From an uncultured Gammaproteobacteria bacterium (GTDB lineage Bacteria; Patescibacteriota; Patescibacteriia; Magasanikbacterales; GWA2-37-8): 64,000 nucleotides of DNA. The stretch spans positions 46,962 through 110,961 of the forward strand of contig CAYZYP010000002.1 in the NCBI GenBank assembly GCA_964482695.1. Direction: 5' to 3'. Shown here piece by piece: positions 25,947-34,749 of this stretch; positions within the stretch are counted from its first letter, which is position 1, and each line of letters opens with the position of its first letter. A program made the position numbers and the translations under genes. A model generated the notes under the pieces. That model was not told the DNA's origin. It worked only from the letters and a program-made list of their open reading frames with translations, and ran no database searches.

Positions 25947-27305
25947 ATGCTACCAAAACCTAAAAAAATTCGTCAAATTTATTTAGACCACGCCGCAACT
26001 ACCTACACAGAGAAAGAAGTGCTTGATGCCATGTTGCCCTATTTTAACCAAAAATACGGCAACCCATCTTCTTTATACAATACAGGCAGAGAAGCCAACG
26101 GAGAGATAAATAATGCCAGACGAATGGTAGCGCGCATAATCCATGCTTTACCAGAAAATATTATTTTTACTGGTAGTGGCACAGAATCCGATAACCTGGC
26201 AATTTACGGTATTGCCCGCGCCCACGAACAAAAAGGCAAACATATTATTTCTTCCCCCATAGAGCATCACGCTGTGCTGTATCCGCTAGAAGATTTGAAA
26301 AAACAAGGTTGGGAAATTACTTACACAAAGGTGGATAAAAAAGGTTTTGTTGATGCTAAAGAAATTATCAAAAATATTAAAAAAGATACTGTTTTAATTA
26401 CAGTAATGTACGCCAACAATGAAATAGGCACCATAGAATCAATAGCCGAAATCGGCCGGGAAATTTTAAAAATTCGTAAACAAAATAATTCGCCGTATCC
26501 TTATTTTCATACCGATGCTTGTCAGGCAGCCGGCTACTGCGATTTGGATGTCGAGAAACTACACGTAGATTTGATGACAATCAATGGCAGTAAAATTTAC
26601 GGCCCAAAGGGGGTTGGCATGTTGTATCTGCGACGTGGTGTTAAAATTAAACCGCTGATATTGGGTGGCTCGCAAGAAAAGAAATTGCGCGCTGGCACGG
26701 AAAATGTGCCCGGTATAGTGGGGTTTGCCAAAGCTTTTGAAATGGCGCAAAAGAATAGAGAAAAAGAAAGCGCGCGAGTCGCTGGTTTACGAGATTATCT
26801 TTGGCAAAGGATTGAAAAAGAAATTTCAGACGTTCGTCTCAACGGCCCAGTTTTGTCATCCCGAGGAGGTTCGCACCGACGAGGGATCTCTGTCCCGTCG
26901 GACAGTAGGCGACCAGACAGAGATTCCTCACCCTGCGATGGGTTCGGAATGACAAAAACGGATTTTCGTGAATTCTGCAATGACAGTGAACGACTACCTA
27001 ATAATCTCAACGTCACATTCATGAACGTGGAAGGTGAAGCCATGCTCCTATATTTAGATGAATATGGTGTGATGTGTTCCACCGGTTCGGCCTGCACTTC
27101 GGATTCACTAGATCCATCACATGTCTTAACTGCTATCGGATTACCATACGAATACGCTCATGGAAGTTTGCGTTTTAGTTTAGGAAAACGCAACACCAAA
27201 CAAGATATTGATTATTTGATGAAATATTTGCCAAAAATAGTAGAGACTTTGCGCGAAATGTCGCCAGTGAATATGGGGGTTAAAAAACATGCTAAATACA
27301 AATAA
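25947..27305 (+). CDS. iscS: Cysteine desulfurase (IscS/NifS class I) carrying a ~46-aa in-frame insertion from a palindromic element
   Basis: PLP-Lys region SGSKIYGPKG and the active-site loop SGSACTS. The segment VLSSRGGSHRRGISVPSDSRRPDRDSSPCDGFGMTKTDFREFCNDS is inserted between LNGP and ERLPNNLNVTF. Confidence 0.9.
   Translation: MLPKPKKIRQIYLDHAATTYTEKEVLDAMLPYFNQKYGNPSSLYNTGREANGEINNARRMVARIIHALPENIIFTGSGTESDNLAIYGIARAHEQKGKHIISSPIEHHAVLYPLEDLKKQGWEITYTKVDKKGFVDAKEIIKNIKKDTVLITVMYANNEIGTIESIAEIGREILKIRKQNNSPYPYFHTDACQAAGYCDLDVEKLHVDLMTINGSKIYGPKGVGMLYLRRGVKIKPLILGGSQEKKLRAGTENVPGIVGFAKAFEMAQKNREKESARVAGLRDYLWQRIEKEISDVRLNGPVLSSRGGSHRRGISVPSDSRRPDRDSSPCDGFGMTKTDFREFCNDSERLPNNLNVTFMNVEGEAMLLYLDEYGVMCSTGSACTSDSLDPSHVLTAIGLPYEYAHGSLRFSLGKRNTKQDIDYLMKYLPKIVETLREMSPVNMGVKKHAKYK
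26855..26953. repeat. RPE-like palindromic element, copy C (full), in-frame inside iscS
   Basis: Left arm GTCATCCCGAGGAGGTTCGCACCGACGAGGGATCTCTGTC, loop, right arm GACAGAGATTCCTCACCCTGCGATGGGTTCGGAATGAC. Confidence 0.85.
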
Positions 27306-27350
27306 TAACTTTAGAATTTACGCGTTTTACCTTGTCATTCTGAACTTCCT

Positions 27351-28034
27351 TTGAATATGAAACAAAAATCAACTAAAAAGAAAAATTTATCTAAGCCAGT
27401 AGATATTCGCTCGACCGACGGTGGCGGCTGGTTGTATTCTAGTATTGTCAAAGATCATTTTTTTAATCCGCGCAAATTCATGCAATACGACGAGGAAGAA
27501 AAGTTCAAATATAATGGAATGGGTCGGGTTGGTTCGCCGGCTTGTGGCGATGAAATGGTGATGTGGCTAAAAATAGATCCAAAGACAGAAAAAATAAATG
27601 ACTGTCGTTGGCGGACTTTTGGCTGTGGTTCGGCGATTGCTTCTACTTCTGTTTTAGCAGAAATGCTGACAGAAAAAGGCGGTATGAAAATAACAAACGC
27701 CATTAAATTGCGCCCGCAAGATATTTTAAAACGTTTAGGCGGTTTACCGGATCGCAAAATTCATTGTTCTGTTTTGGGCGACAAAGCCTTACAAGCGGCA
27801 GTTAACGATTATTTTAGAAGTTCCAATCAGCATAGTAGAATTATCACCGCTGGCGCGAAAATTATTGATAAAGTTTTAAATATTACCGATCATGATATAG
27901 AAGAAGCCGTTTTAGAAGGCGCCAAAACTTTGGAAGATGTACAAAAAAAATTAAAAGTTGGAGTAGGGGATAAAGAGGCTATCCCGGAAATTGAAGAATT
28001 AATAAAATTCTATAGTGAAAAATACTATAGATAA
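27351..28034 (+). CDS. iscU: Fe-S cluster assembly scaffold IscU/NifU-like with N- and C-terminal extensions
   Basis: Motifs GSPACGD, FGCGSAIAS and HCSVLG. Confidence 0.85.
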   Translation: MNMKQKSTKKKNLSKPVDIRSTDGGGWLYSSIVKDHFFNPRKFMQYDEEEKFKYNGMGRVGSPACGDEMVMWLKIDPKTEKINDCRWRTFGCGSAIASTSVLAEMLTEKGGMKITNAIKLRPQDILKRLGGLPDRKIHCSVLGDKALQAAVNDYFRSSNQHSRIITAGAKIIDKVLNITDHDIEEAVLEGAKTLEDVQKKLKVGVGDKEAIPEIEELIKFYSEKYYR

Positions 28035-28066
28035 TAATATTGTTTATTTAATTATTTGTAATTTTT

Positions 28067-28246
28067 ATGACTTTAAAAATAGACTCGGAAAAATGCATCG
28101 GCTGTGGTACTTGCGTGGCATTGGCGTCAAATACTTTTAAAATGAATGATGATGGCAAAGCGGAAATTATTAATGAAACAGGCGATGAGGCGGAAACAGT
28201 TAAAATGGCAGCTGATTCCTGCCCAACACAAGCGATAATTTTATAG
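28067..28246 (+). CDS. fdx: Small 4Fe-4S ferredoxin (59 aa)
   Basis: CIGCGTCV...CP motif; hand-called ORF below the ORF-track cutoff, at the end of the isc operon. Confidence 0.75.
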   Translation: MTLKIDSEKCIGCGTCVALASNTFKMNDDGKAEIINETGDEAETVKMAADSCPTQAIIL

Positions 28247-28274
28247 GGTTGATACCCGTTATATATTTTATCTA

Positions 28275-28302
28275 AAAAGGGCTTTTTGTTTGCCCTTTTT
28301 TG
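28275..28302 (+). terminator. Rho-independent terminator after the ferredoxin gene
   Basis: AAAAGGGC-tttttgttt-GCCCTTTTTT; it overlaps the ORF-track start of the next gene, so the true rsmI start is internal. Confidence 0.6.
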
Positions 28303-28328
28303 TTATTTCTGTTAAAATAATCACTGCT

Positions 28329-28994
28329 ATGGATAGTGGAAAATTATTTATTGTCGCCACTCCTATTGGAAATTTAGGCGACATCACTTTACGAGCCTTA
28401 GAAACCTTGAAAACGGTTGATTTTATTTTATGCGAAGATACCAGAGTAACCAAAAATTTATTAGATCATTTTCAAATTAAAAAACCATTAATAAGCTACC
28501 ACCAACATAGCGACGCTAGAAAAGTTAACGAAATTAAAGATATCTTGAGTCAAGGAAAAAATTTAGCTTTGGTAACAGACGCGGGCACTCCTGGGATAAG
28601 CGACCCGGGAAACCAATTAATTTATGATTTAAGATTTAAGATTTTAGATTTAGAAATTATACCAATACCTGGCGCAAGTGCAATAATCGCTGCCCTTTCT
28701 ATCTCTGGTTTTCCGACTGACAAATTTATCTTTATGGGTTTCCCGCCGCATAAAAATAAGCGACAAAAATTTTTTAAAGAAGTGGCGGAAAATAAATACA
28801 CAACCGTTTTCTACGAATCAAATCACAGGATTAAAAAATGTTTAAATGAATTAATGCTTGTTTTGCCCACAGATCAAAAAATTGTTGTCTGTCGTGAATT
28901 AACCAAAAAATTCGAAAGTATTTATCGAGGAACAATTGAAGAAATTTTAAAAATGGCTATAAAAGAAAAAGGGGAGTTTGTAGTAATAATTTAA
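28329..28994 (+). CDS. rsmI: 16S rRNA (cytidine1402-2'-O)-methyltransferase
   Basis: Contains LFIVATPIGNLGDITLRALETLKTVDFILCEDTR. Confidence 0.88.
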   Translation: MDSGKLFIVATPIGNLGDITLRALETLKTVDFILCEDTRVTKNLLDHFQIKKPLISYHQHSDARKVNEIKDILSQGKNLALVTDAGTPGISDPGNQLIYDLRFKILDLEIIPIPGASAIIAALSISGFPTDKFIFMGFPPHKNKRQKFFKEVAENKYTTVFYESNHRIKKCLNELMLVLPTDQKIVVCRELTKKFESIYRGTIEEILKMAIKEKGEFVVII

Positions 28995-29015
28995 TGGAAA
29001 ATAAATTTAGACATT

Positions 29016-30557
29016 ATGAAGCAAAAATTCTACCTCACCACCGCCATTCCATACGCTAACGCTGATCCGCATATTGGTTTTGCTTTAGAAATTTTGTACG
29101 CCGACGTGATGGCTAGGTATCAAAGGTTAATTGGCAAAGATGTCTATTTTCTCACTGGCACAGATGAACACGGTCAGAAAATGTATAAAACTGCCAAAGA
29201 AAATGGCCGGCCAGTAGAAGAATTTGCCGCCGAAAAATCAGCCATGTATTTAAATTTAGCAGACCAGTGGAACATAACTAACGATGATTTTATTCGTACG
29301 ACCGAAACGCGGCATATGGAACGTGCGCAAAAATTTTGGCAAGTGGCGCTTGAAAATGAAGATATTTATAAAAAAGAATACGAAGGACTGTATTGTGTTG
29401 GTTGTGAATCATTTAAAACAGAAAAAGATTTAATAGACGGCAAATGCCCGGATCACAACAAAGAGCCAGAAGAATTAAAAGAAGAAAATTATTTTTTTAA
29501 ACTTTCTAAGTATCAGCCACGATTATTAGATTTATTTGAAAATAAACCTGATTTTGTTTTTCCAAAGTCGCGCTTTAACGAAATGTATAATATTTTACGT
29601 CAAGGATTAGAAGACATTAGTATTTCACGCTCCAAAGAAAAATTGCCTTGGGGCATACCGGTCCCAGGCGATAATACGCAGGTAATGTATGTTTGGTTTG
29701 ACGCTTTAACAAATTATATCACCGCGCTTGGCTATGGCTCTGATGACGAAAAAAATTTAAAAAAATATTGGCCGGCAGATGCGCATATAATTGGTAAAGA
29801 AATTAACCGTTTTCATTCTCTACTTTGGCCGGCGATGCTCATGTCCGCTGGTGTGGAATTACCAAAACAAATAGCTGTTCATGGTTGGATAACAGTTGAT
29901 GGGCAAAAAATGAGCAAAACAATTGGCAATGTTATTAGTCCTCTTGAATTAATTGAACAATATCCATTAGAAGCTGTGCGTTATTTTTTCATGCGAGAAA
30001 TACCATTTGACAATGATGGTGATTTTTCCTACACAAAATTTGTCGCGCGATATAACGCTGATCTGGCAAACGGTTTGGGTAATTTAACCAATCGTATTTT
30101 AGTAATGATTGAAAAATATTGTGATAAAACCGTGCCAGAAGTAAAAAATATTCATCATGAAATGATCGATAAGTTAAGTAATGAAATTTGGCCCCAATAT
30201 AATACTGCCATGGAAAAATTTAGCTTTAATCACGCTTTGGAACAAGTTTGGAAGTTAATTACTTATTGTGACCAAATTATTACTGATAAAAAGCCTTGGG
30301 AATTATACAAACAAGGCAAAACCAATGAACTAAACGACCTTTTGCACCATCTGGCCGAGGCCTTGCGTCATATTGCTGTTATGGTCTGGCCAACAATGCC
30401 GGAAACAGCGGAAAAAATACTGGCTCAACTTGGTTTAGAAGTGTCAAAAGAATTAAGCAAACCGCTTTCAGAATTACAAAATTGGGTGCAGTTAATGGTT
30501 GGTAATAAAATAAATAAAGGTGAACCGTTGTTTCCGCGTTTAATTGAAAAGTTATAA
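29016..30557 (+). CDS. metG: Methionyl-tRNA synthetase (short form lacking the C-terminal tRNA-binding domain)
   Basis: HIGH-like PHIGF, KMSKT, and a CxxC...CP zinc knuckle. Confidence 0.95.
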   Translation: MKQKFYLTTAIPYANADPHIGFALEILYADVMARYQRLIGKDVYFLTGTDEHGQKMYKTAKENGRPVEEFAAEKSAMYLNLADQWNITNDDFIRTTETRHMERAQKFWQVALENEDIYKKEYEGLYCVGCESFKTEKDLIDGKCPDHNKEPEELKEENYFFKLSKYQPRLLDLFENKPDFVFPKSRFNEMYNILRQGLEDISISRSKEKLPWGIPVPGDNTQVMYVWFDALTNYITALGYGSDDEKNLKKYWPADAHIIGKEINRFHSLLWPAMLMSAGVELPKQIAVHGWITVDGQKMSKTIGNVISPLELIEQYPLEAVRYFFMREIPFDNDGDFSYTKFVARYNADLANGLGNLTNRILVMIEKYCDKTVPEVKNIHHEMIDKLSNEIWPQYNTAMEKFSFNHALEQVWKLITYCDQIITDKKPWELYKQGKTNELNDLLHHLAEALRHIAVMVWPTMPETAEKILAQLGLEVSKELSKPLSELQNWVQLMVGNKINKGEPLFPRLIEKL

Positions 30558-30562
30558 GGTGC

Positions 30563-30608
30563 TTCTTTTTTCGCTGACGCAAGGAATATAATTTTACTCG
30601 TATTTTTT
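30563..30608. repeat. Long-hairpin repeat family, copy d (solo conserved tail only)
   Basis: TTTTTTCGCTGACGCAAGGAATATAATTTTACTCGTATTTTTT matches the tail of copy a at about 85% identity. Confidence 0.6.
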
Positions 30609-30625
30609 AATTTTTAACTAACTCT

Positions 30626-31150
30626 ATGTCTTTCTTTGACATCTGCCTTCTGATAATTGTCGGGGGGTTTGGTTTGTTTGGTCTATGGTTTGGTTTAATT
30701 CATACTATAGGATCCTTGCTGGGAACTTTAGTTGGCTTATATTTAGCCGCGCGTTTTTATGAACCAATGGCCAATTGGTTAATGAATCTTACGGGTTGGA
30801 GTGGCAACTTTTCCAAAGTATTAATGTTTATCATCGTTTTTGTTATAATAACGCGTTTAGTTGGTTTTATTTTTTGGTTAATTGGCAAAATTTTAGGTAT
30901 TGTTACTAAGTTGCCATTCGTTAGCGGCTTAAATCATTTTTTGGGTTTAATTTTTGGTTTATTTGAAGGGGTTATTATAGTTGGTGTTAGTCTGTATTTT
31001 ATTGTTCGATTTCCAGTCGGTGTAAAATTTATGACCGCCCTGTCTATTTCTAAAATCGCTCCTTATATAGTCAAGCCGGTCAACACGCTCGCTCCACTTA
31101 TTCCAGACGCGATTAAATTTTTACAAAGTACGGTAAAAAGCATCGTTTAA
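30626..31150 (+). CDS. cvpA: CvpA-family membrane protein
   Basis: 4 TM helices with a CvpA-like N-terminal pattern. Confidence 0.6.
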   Translation: MSFFDICLLIIVGGFGLFGLWFGLIHTIGSLLGTLVGLYLAARFYEPMANWLMNLTGWSGNFSKVLMFIIVFVIITRLVGFIFWLIGKILGIVTKLPFVSGLNHFLGLIFGLFEGVIIVGVSLYFIVRFPVGVKFMTALSISKIAPYIVKPVNTLAPLIPDAIKFLQSTVKSIV

Positions 31151-31162
31151 TTCTTAAAAGTT

Positions 31163-31996
31163 ATGTTTGATACCCACTGCCATATTCAATTCAACGGTTT
31201 TAAAAATGATTACGAACAAATTATCAAAAAATGTATAGAAAAAGATTGTACTATGTTTGCGGTTGGCACGCAAAAAGACACAAGTAAGAAAGCGGCAGAG
31301 TTCGCGCAAAAATATGATAATATCTATGCCATTGTTGGATTACATCCAATTCATTCCAGCTCTACCGAAGTAGATGAAGAAGAAATCAGTTTTGTGTCGC
31401 GCGAAGAAGAATTTGATTATCAATATTATAAAAATTTAGCCAGTCAGCCGAAAGTGGTGGGAATTGGGGAGTGTGGAATTGAATTATTTCATCTGCCAAA
31501 AAACAAAAATAAAAATGAAATATTAGAAAAACAAAAGAAAAGTTTTTTAGCACAAATAAAATTAGCGTTAGAGTTAAATTTGCCAATGAGTATTCATGTG
31601 CGCGACGCCTATCAAGAAGTAATAGAGATATTGGAAAAGGAAAAAATTAATGGCGTGATTCATTGTTATACCGGCAATTGGCCGACCGCCCAAAATTTTT
31701 TAGATTTGGGGCTTTATTTGGGTTTTACCGGAGTAGTAACATTTCCACCCAAAAAAACCGATCCTCAACCTCAATATGATTTGCTTGAAGTCATAAAAAA
31801 TTGTCCCGCAAACAAAATACTGGTAGAAACTGACGCACCATACCTCGCGCCCCAGGCGTATCGCGGACAAAGATGCGAACCGTGGATGGTGGAAGAAGTT
31901 ATTAAAAAAATAGCGGAAATTAAAAATATAAATTTTAAAGAAATGCTAGAAATAACAAAAAATAACACAAAAAAATTATTCACAAAAATCCCTTGA
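31163..31996 (+). CDS. tatD: TatD-family metal-dependent hydrolase/DNase
   Basis: Motifs FDTHCH, GECG and VETDAPYL. Confidence 0.9.
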   Translation: MFDTHCHIQFNGFKNDYEQIIKKCIEKDCTMFAVGTQKDTSKKAAEFAQKYDNIYAIVGLHPIHSSSTEVDEEEISFVSREEEFDYQYYKNLASQPKVVGIGECGIELFHLPKNKNKNEILEKQKKSFLAQIKLALELNLPMSIHVRDAYQEVIEILEKEKINGVIHCYTGNWPTAQNFLDLGLYLGFTGVVTFPPKKTDPQPQYDLLEVIKNCPANKILVETDAPYLAPQAYRGQRCEPWMVEEVIKKIAEIKNINFKEMLEITKNNTKKLFTKIP

Positions 31997-32073
31997 CCAA
32001 TTCAATTTTATATTGTAAAATAATGCCTGCCCGCAGAGCTACGCTCAGATTTGTAGGCGGGCCACTTTAAAAT

Positions 32074-32343
32074 ATGTTGGAAAACATGTCTCCCAAAACG
32101 ACTGACAGACAATACTATTTATTTGCTTTGCGAATAATTGGTGATTTTGGGGCTAGCATCGCTGTACCGATAGTTATTTTTGTTTTAGCAGGGCAATACT
32201 TAGATGAAAAATATCAAAAATCTCCGTTTTTCACCATTTCAGCTTTTATGATATCAGCCTTAATTTCCGCGAAAATAATACATAAAAAAGCTAAACGTTA
32301 CGGAGCGGAATACCAAAAAATGGTTGATAATGAAAAGAAATAA
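32074..32343 (+). CDS. AtpZ/AtpI-like small membrane protein preceding the atp operon
   Basis: 89 aa with 2 TM helices, positioned immediately upstream of atpB. Confidence 0.5.
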   Translation: MLENMSPKTTDRQYYLFALRIIGDFGASIAVPIVIFVLAGQYLDEKYQKSPFFTISAFMISALISAKIIHKKAKRYGAEYQKMVDNEKK

Positions 32344-32346
32344 ACT

Positions 32347-33117
32347 ATGCACATTCCTACACTGGCGCCAGAAATTTTGTTTGAACTAGGGGGATTTCCA
32401 ATAACCAACACCATGGTCAATGTTTGGTTGGCAATTGTCATTTTTTTAATCTTTGGTTTAATAATCAGAAAAAAAGCGGCCGTGCGGCCAGGAAAATTAC
32501 AAAATGCCTCAGAATTTTTTCTAGATGGACTCATGGGCTATTTTGATCAAGTTACCGGAGACCATAAAAAAACTTTGCGTTTTTTACCACTTGTTGGTTC
32601 GGTCTTCTTTTTTATTTTACTTTCTAACTGGCTAGGCTTACTTCCTGGCACAGGCAGTATAACTTTTGGCGGCAAGATGTTACTACGACCAGCCAATACC
32701 GATTTAAATTTAACAGCTGCCATGGCTATTGTTTCGGTTTTAGCTTCACATTTATTTGGGCTATTTACTGTTGGAATTTTTACGCATCTAAATAAATTTA
32801 TACAAATAGGTACTTTTGTCAAAAGTTTTCGCAAAGGCCCGGTGGCAATACTCACGGCTGTTATTGAATTAGCGGTTGGCGCGATTGAAATAGTAAGTGA
32901 GATGGCCAAAGTAGTTTCTCTTTCACTAAGGTTATTTGGTAATATTTTTGCCGGCGAAGTTTTAATTACAGTTATCAGTAGCTTGGTAGGTTTAATAGTA
33001 CCAACGCCATTTATGTTATTAGAATTATTGGTTGGAATTATCCAAGCAAGTGTTTTTGCTATATTAACATTGGTATATTTGACAATCCTAACAACCAAAC
33101 CACAGACGGAACACTAA
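32347..33117 (+). CDS. atpB: F0F1 ATP synthase subunit a
   Basis: LSLRLFGNIFAGE contains the essential Arg. Confidence 0.95.
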   Translation: MHIPTLAPEILFELGGFPITNTMVNVWLAIVIFLIFGLIIRKKAAVRPGKLQNASEFFLDGLMGYFDQVTGDHKKTLRFLPLVGSVFFFILLSNWLGLLPGTGSITFGGKMLLRPANTDLNLTAAMAIVSVLASHLFGLFTVGIFTHLNKFIQIGTFVKSFRKGPVAILTAVIELAVGAIEIVSEMAKVVSLSLRLFGNIFAGEVLITVISSLVGLIVPTPFMLLELLVGIIQASVFAILTLVYLTILTTKPQTEH

Positions 33118-33122
33118 TCAAA

Positions 33123-33285
33123 CTTTTACGGTGCACCAACGAACAATATATCTTTTTTAGAAAAAAAGTAGTCGGAAAACTTTTTGCCGTAGTGAAACGT
33201 AGGCAAAAAGGCAAACGGATAACTGCTTTTTTTCTAAAAAAGATATATTGTTCGTTGGTGCGATGAATTACGTTTACGCATATTC
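33123..33285. repeat. Long-hairpin repeat family, copy c (35-bp perfect stem plus conserved tail) between atpB and atpE
   Basis: Stem CACCAACGAACAATATATCTTTTTTAGAAAAAAAG / rc, then tail CGATGAATTACGTTTACGCATATTC; the left flank CTTTTACGGTG resembles copy a. Confidence 0.7.
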
Positions 33286-33385
33286 TTTACAAAAAAATTT
33301 TATAATTTAATTAAGGACATGATACTGGCGAAGTAAAACATACCCCCTCTTCGTCTCCAGTAACATATCCAAGAAAGGTAATAAT

Positions 33386-33607
33386 ATGGAACACGAATCA
33401 ATCGTGACAATCGTCAAAGGTTTAACCATGGCCTTGGGAGGCTTTTTCCCGGCAATGGCTATCGGCAGATTAGTGGCCAAAGCTATGGAAAGTATCGGCC
33501 GCAACCCAGAATCAGCTGGAAAATTATTCGTCCCAATGTTACTTGGCGCCGCTTTTGCCGAAGCTATCGCTATTTACGCTCTAGTAGTTGTGTTTACTTT
33601 AAAATAG
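33386..33607 (+). CDS. atpE: F0F1 ATP synthase subunit c
   Basis: Two-TM hairpin with the conserved carboxylate region AFAEAIAIYALVV. Confidence 0.95.
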   Translation: MEHESIVTIVKGLTMALGGFFPAMAIGRLVAKAMESIGRNPESAGKLFVPMLLGAAFAEAIAIYALVVVFTLK

Positions 33608-33668
33608 TTTGATCCATACTAGGTCATCTTTGTTGGCCTAGTATAACTAAATTAGTTTAAATAAATTT

Positions 33669-34235
33669 ATGCTTATAGATATCGTTCACGCCTCCGAGAC
33701 TGTGGCGACCCATGCCGTAGAAGGTGCTGTAAAAAATGAGAATGTTTTAGCGTCTTTAGGTATAAATAGTACAATGTTTATTTTTCAATTAATAAACTTT
33801 GCTATTGTCGCATTGATATTATGGTTCTTGGTTTTAAAACCACTAACTAAAAAGATGGCCGAAAGACAGTCTTTGATAGAAGATGGTTTAAAAAATGCCG
33901 AAGAAGTAAAGAAAAATTTGCATAAAAGCGAACAAAAATATCAAGAAAAAGTAGACGAAGCCAAAGCAGAAGCTGGCAAAATAATCGCTAAATCACAAGT
34001 AGATGCTTTAGATGCCACTAACAAAACAAAAGAAAAGGCCAAGCAAGAAATAGAATTGCTGGTTGACCAAGCAAAACGAAATATTAAAATTGAAAAGCAA
34101 GAAATGATTAGCGAAGTTAAAAAAGAAGCCGCTAATTTAGTAACTATTGCTTTAGAAAAAATATTAAATGAAAAAATTGATGAAAAAAAAGATAAACAAT
34201 TAATAGAAGATAGTTTAAAAAAAATTAAAATATAA
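33669..34235 (+). CDS. atpF: F0F1 ATP synthase subunit b
   Basis: One N-terminal TM helix plus a long charged coiled coil. Confidence 0.85.
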   Translation: MLIDIVHASETVATHAVEGAVKNENVLASLGINSTMFIFQLINFAIVALILWFLVLKPLTKKMAERQSLIEDGLKNAEEVKKNLHKSEQKYQEKVDEAKAEAGKIIAKSQVDALDATNKTKEKAKQEIELLVDQAKRNIKIEKQEMISEVKKEAANLVTIALEKILNEKIDEKKDKQLIEDSLKKIKI

Positions 34236-34266
34236 AAATGTGAAAGGTGGTTAGAAACGCAAAATT

Positions 34267-34674
34267 TTGCGTCTGTACAAAATTATGAAAAAAAATAGCA
34301 ACAAACAACTAGCAATTTCATTCTTTAAAGCCACCAAAGAAATTAAGGGCGATGATTTAGAAAAAATAATTAAAAATTTTATTATTTTATTATCTAAAGA
34401 ACATAAATTAAAACAAATCAATAATATAATCACCGAGTTTATAAAATATGCCAAAAAACAAGAGGGGATAATAGATGTTGAGGTTATTACCGCGCGCGAT
34501 ATGAGTGATCCTATGATTAACAAAATACAAACAGCGTTAGGGCAAAAAATCGAAGCAGTAAAAAAGACAGATGGCAGTTTACTTGGTGGATTAGTAATAA
34601 AAACAGAAAATGTAATTTTAGACGCTAGTTTAAAAACACAGCTAAAAAAAGTAAAAGAAGCCATGGAAAGTTAA
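34267..34674 (+). CDS. atpH: F0F1 ATP synthase subunit delta (OSCP), short
   Basis: C-terminal LGGLVIKTENVILDASLKTQL consensus; assigned from its position between atpF and atpA. Confidence 0.8.
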   Translation: MRLYKIMKKNSNKQLAISFFKATKEIKGDDLEKIIKNFIILLSKEHKLKQINNIITEFIKYAKKQEGIIDVEVITARDMSDPMINKIQTALGQKIEAVKKTDGSLLGGLVIKTENVILDASLKTQLKKVKEAMES

Positions 34675-34749
34675 AAATATTAAATATTATATACTGTTTA
34701 TTATACGCTTTGATATGATATCCATTATATAATATCTAATACTTAAAAT

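Noticed and set aside
28290-28328. ORF-track start of rsmI at 28290
   Set aside because: The first 13 codons overlap the ferredoxin-gene terminator hairpin. Homology to RsmI begins at MDSGKLFIVATP (28329).
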